From contig NZ_BCZP01000002.1 of the NCBI RefSeq assembly GCF_001598795.1, positions 330,001-362,000 of the forward strand: DNA of 32,000 bases. The letters run 5' to 3'. How positions within the stretch are numbered: position 1 is the stretch's first letter; each line of letters begins with the position of its first letter. This stretch comes from Delftia acidovorans NBRC 14950. Lineage in GTDB: Bacteria > Pseudomonadota > Gammaproteobacteria > Burkholderiales > Burkholderiaceae_C. Shown here one piece after another: positions 31,576-32,000 of this stretch. The notes under the pieces were generated by a model. It did not search any database and was not told the DNA's origin. It worked only from the letters and a program-made list of their open reading frames with translations. The position numbers were made by a program, and so were the translations under genes.

Positions 31576-32000
31576 ATGCGTTTGCTTCTTGTGGAAGACG
31601 ATGTGATGGTGGCCAGCGGCATCAAGCTGGGGCTGTCCGATGCGGGCTATGCCGTGGACTGGGTCGGCAGTGCCGAGCGCGCCCTGGAGGTGCTGGCCCA
31701 GGAAGCCTTCGACCTGGCCGTGATCGACATCGGCCTGCCCGGTATCGATGGGCTGGAGCTCACGCGCCGCCTGCGCAGCAGCGCGGTGGAGAGCTCGGCC
31801 ATGCCCGTGCTGATCCTGACGGCGCGCGATGCGCTGCAGGACCGCGTGCAGGGCCTGGATCAGGGCGCCGACGACTACATGGTCAAGCCCTTCGAGCTTC
31901 CTGAGCTGCTCGCCCGGCTGCGTGCGCTGCTGCGCCGCTCGCAGGCAGCCACATCGGCCGTCCTGAGCTTTGGCCCCATCGAGCTGGACACGGCAGGCCG
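31576..32000 (+). CDS. OmpR/PhoB-family response regulator (QseB/PmrA-like), receiver domain; 3' end lies outside the window
   Basis: MRLLLVEDDVMVASGIKLGL...DLAVIDIGLPGIDGLEL...PVLILTARDALQDRVQGLDQGADDYMVKPFELPELLARL is a classical receiver domain with the phospho-acceptor Asp in VIDIGLP. Confidence 0.9.
   Translation, partial: MRLLLVEDDVMVASGIKLGLSDAGYAVDWVGSAERALEVLAQEAFDLAVIDIGLPGIDGLELTRRLRSSAVESSAMPVLILTARDALQDRVQGLDQGADDYMVKPFELPELLARLRALLRRSQAATSAVLSFGPIELDTAG

Noticed and set aside
1-32000. Scan for a mobile element, prophage, defence island, CRISPR, tRNA or rRNA
   Set aside because: I saw no transposase, integrase or recombinase motifs, no direct-repeat/spacer arrays, no tRNA cloverleaf candidates in the spacers, and no restriction or toxin-antitoxin-like gene pairs. 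The lower-GC segments contain only secretion and polysaccharide genes.

Overview
High-GC chromosomal window that looks like Burkholderiales/Comamonadaceae. That assignment is an inference from the Bug-family receptor, the GC-rich REP-like repeats and codon style. I found no rRNA, tRNA, CRISPR array, transposase or integrase. There are four blocks. (i) 1-3982 is housekeeping/catabolic: a partial LysR regulator, a Bug/TctC solute receptor, a maleate isomerase bracketed by inverted ~80-100 bp REP-like repeats, a Kbp/YgaU-type BON-LysM protein and CoaX. (ii) 4133-18200 holds a complete type II secretion system in Xps/Hxc gene order, gspE-F-G-H-I-J-K-L-M-(C/N)-D. Its ATPase carries a tandem MshEN-type c-di-GMP-binding motif. 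Its secretin has a lipobox and a long Gly/Phe-rich insertion. The cluster is followed on the same strand by a small lipoprotein, a strongly codon-optimised orphan 502-aa secreted protein with a long leader and a strong terminator, and a periplasmic parvulin PPIase. I read this as a dedicated single-cargo secretion module, with the cargo possibly an S-layer-like surface protein. (iii) 18376-30453 is an ABC-transporter-dependent O-polysaccharide cluster: wzm, wzt with a C-terminal carbohydrate-binding domain, 2 methyltransferases, 2 acyltransferases, a 1263-aa methyltransferase/coiled-coil/GT2/GT-B fusion on the opposite strand, a GT2 and a WecA/WbpL-type initiating transferase. (iv) 30564-32000 holds argB and a partial OmpR-family response regulator. 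The many long Arg/Ala/Gly/Pro-rich ORFs antisense or out of frame to these genes are high-GC shadow ORFs and were rejected.
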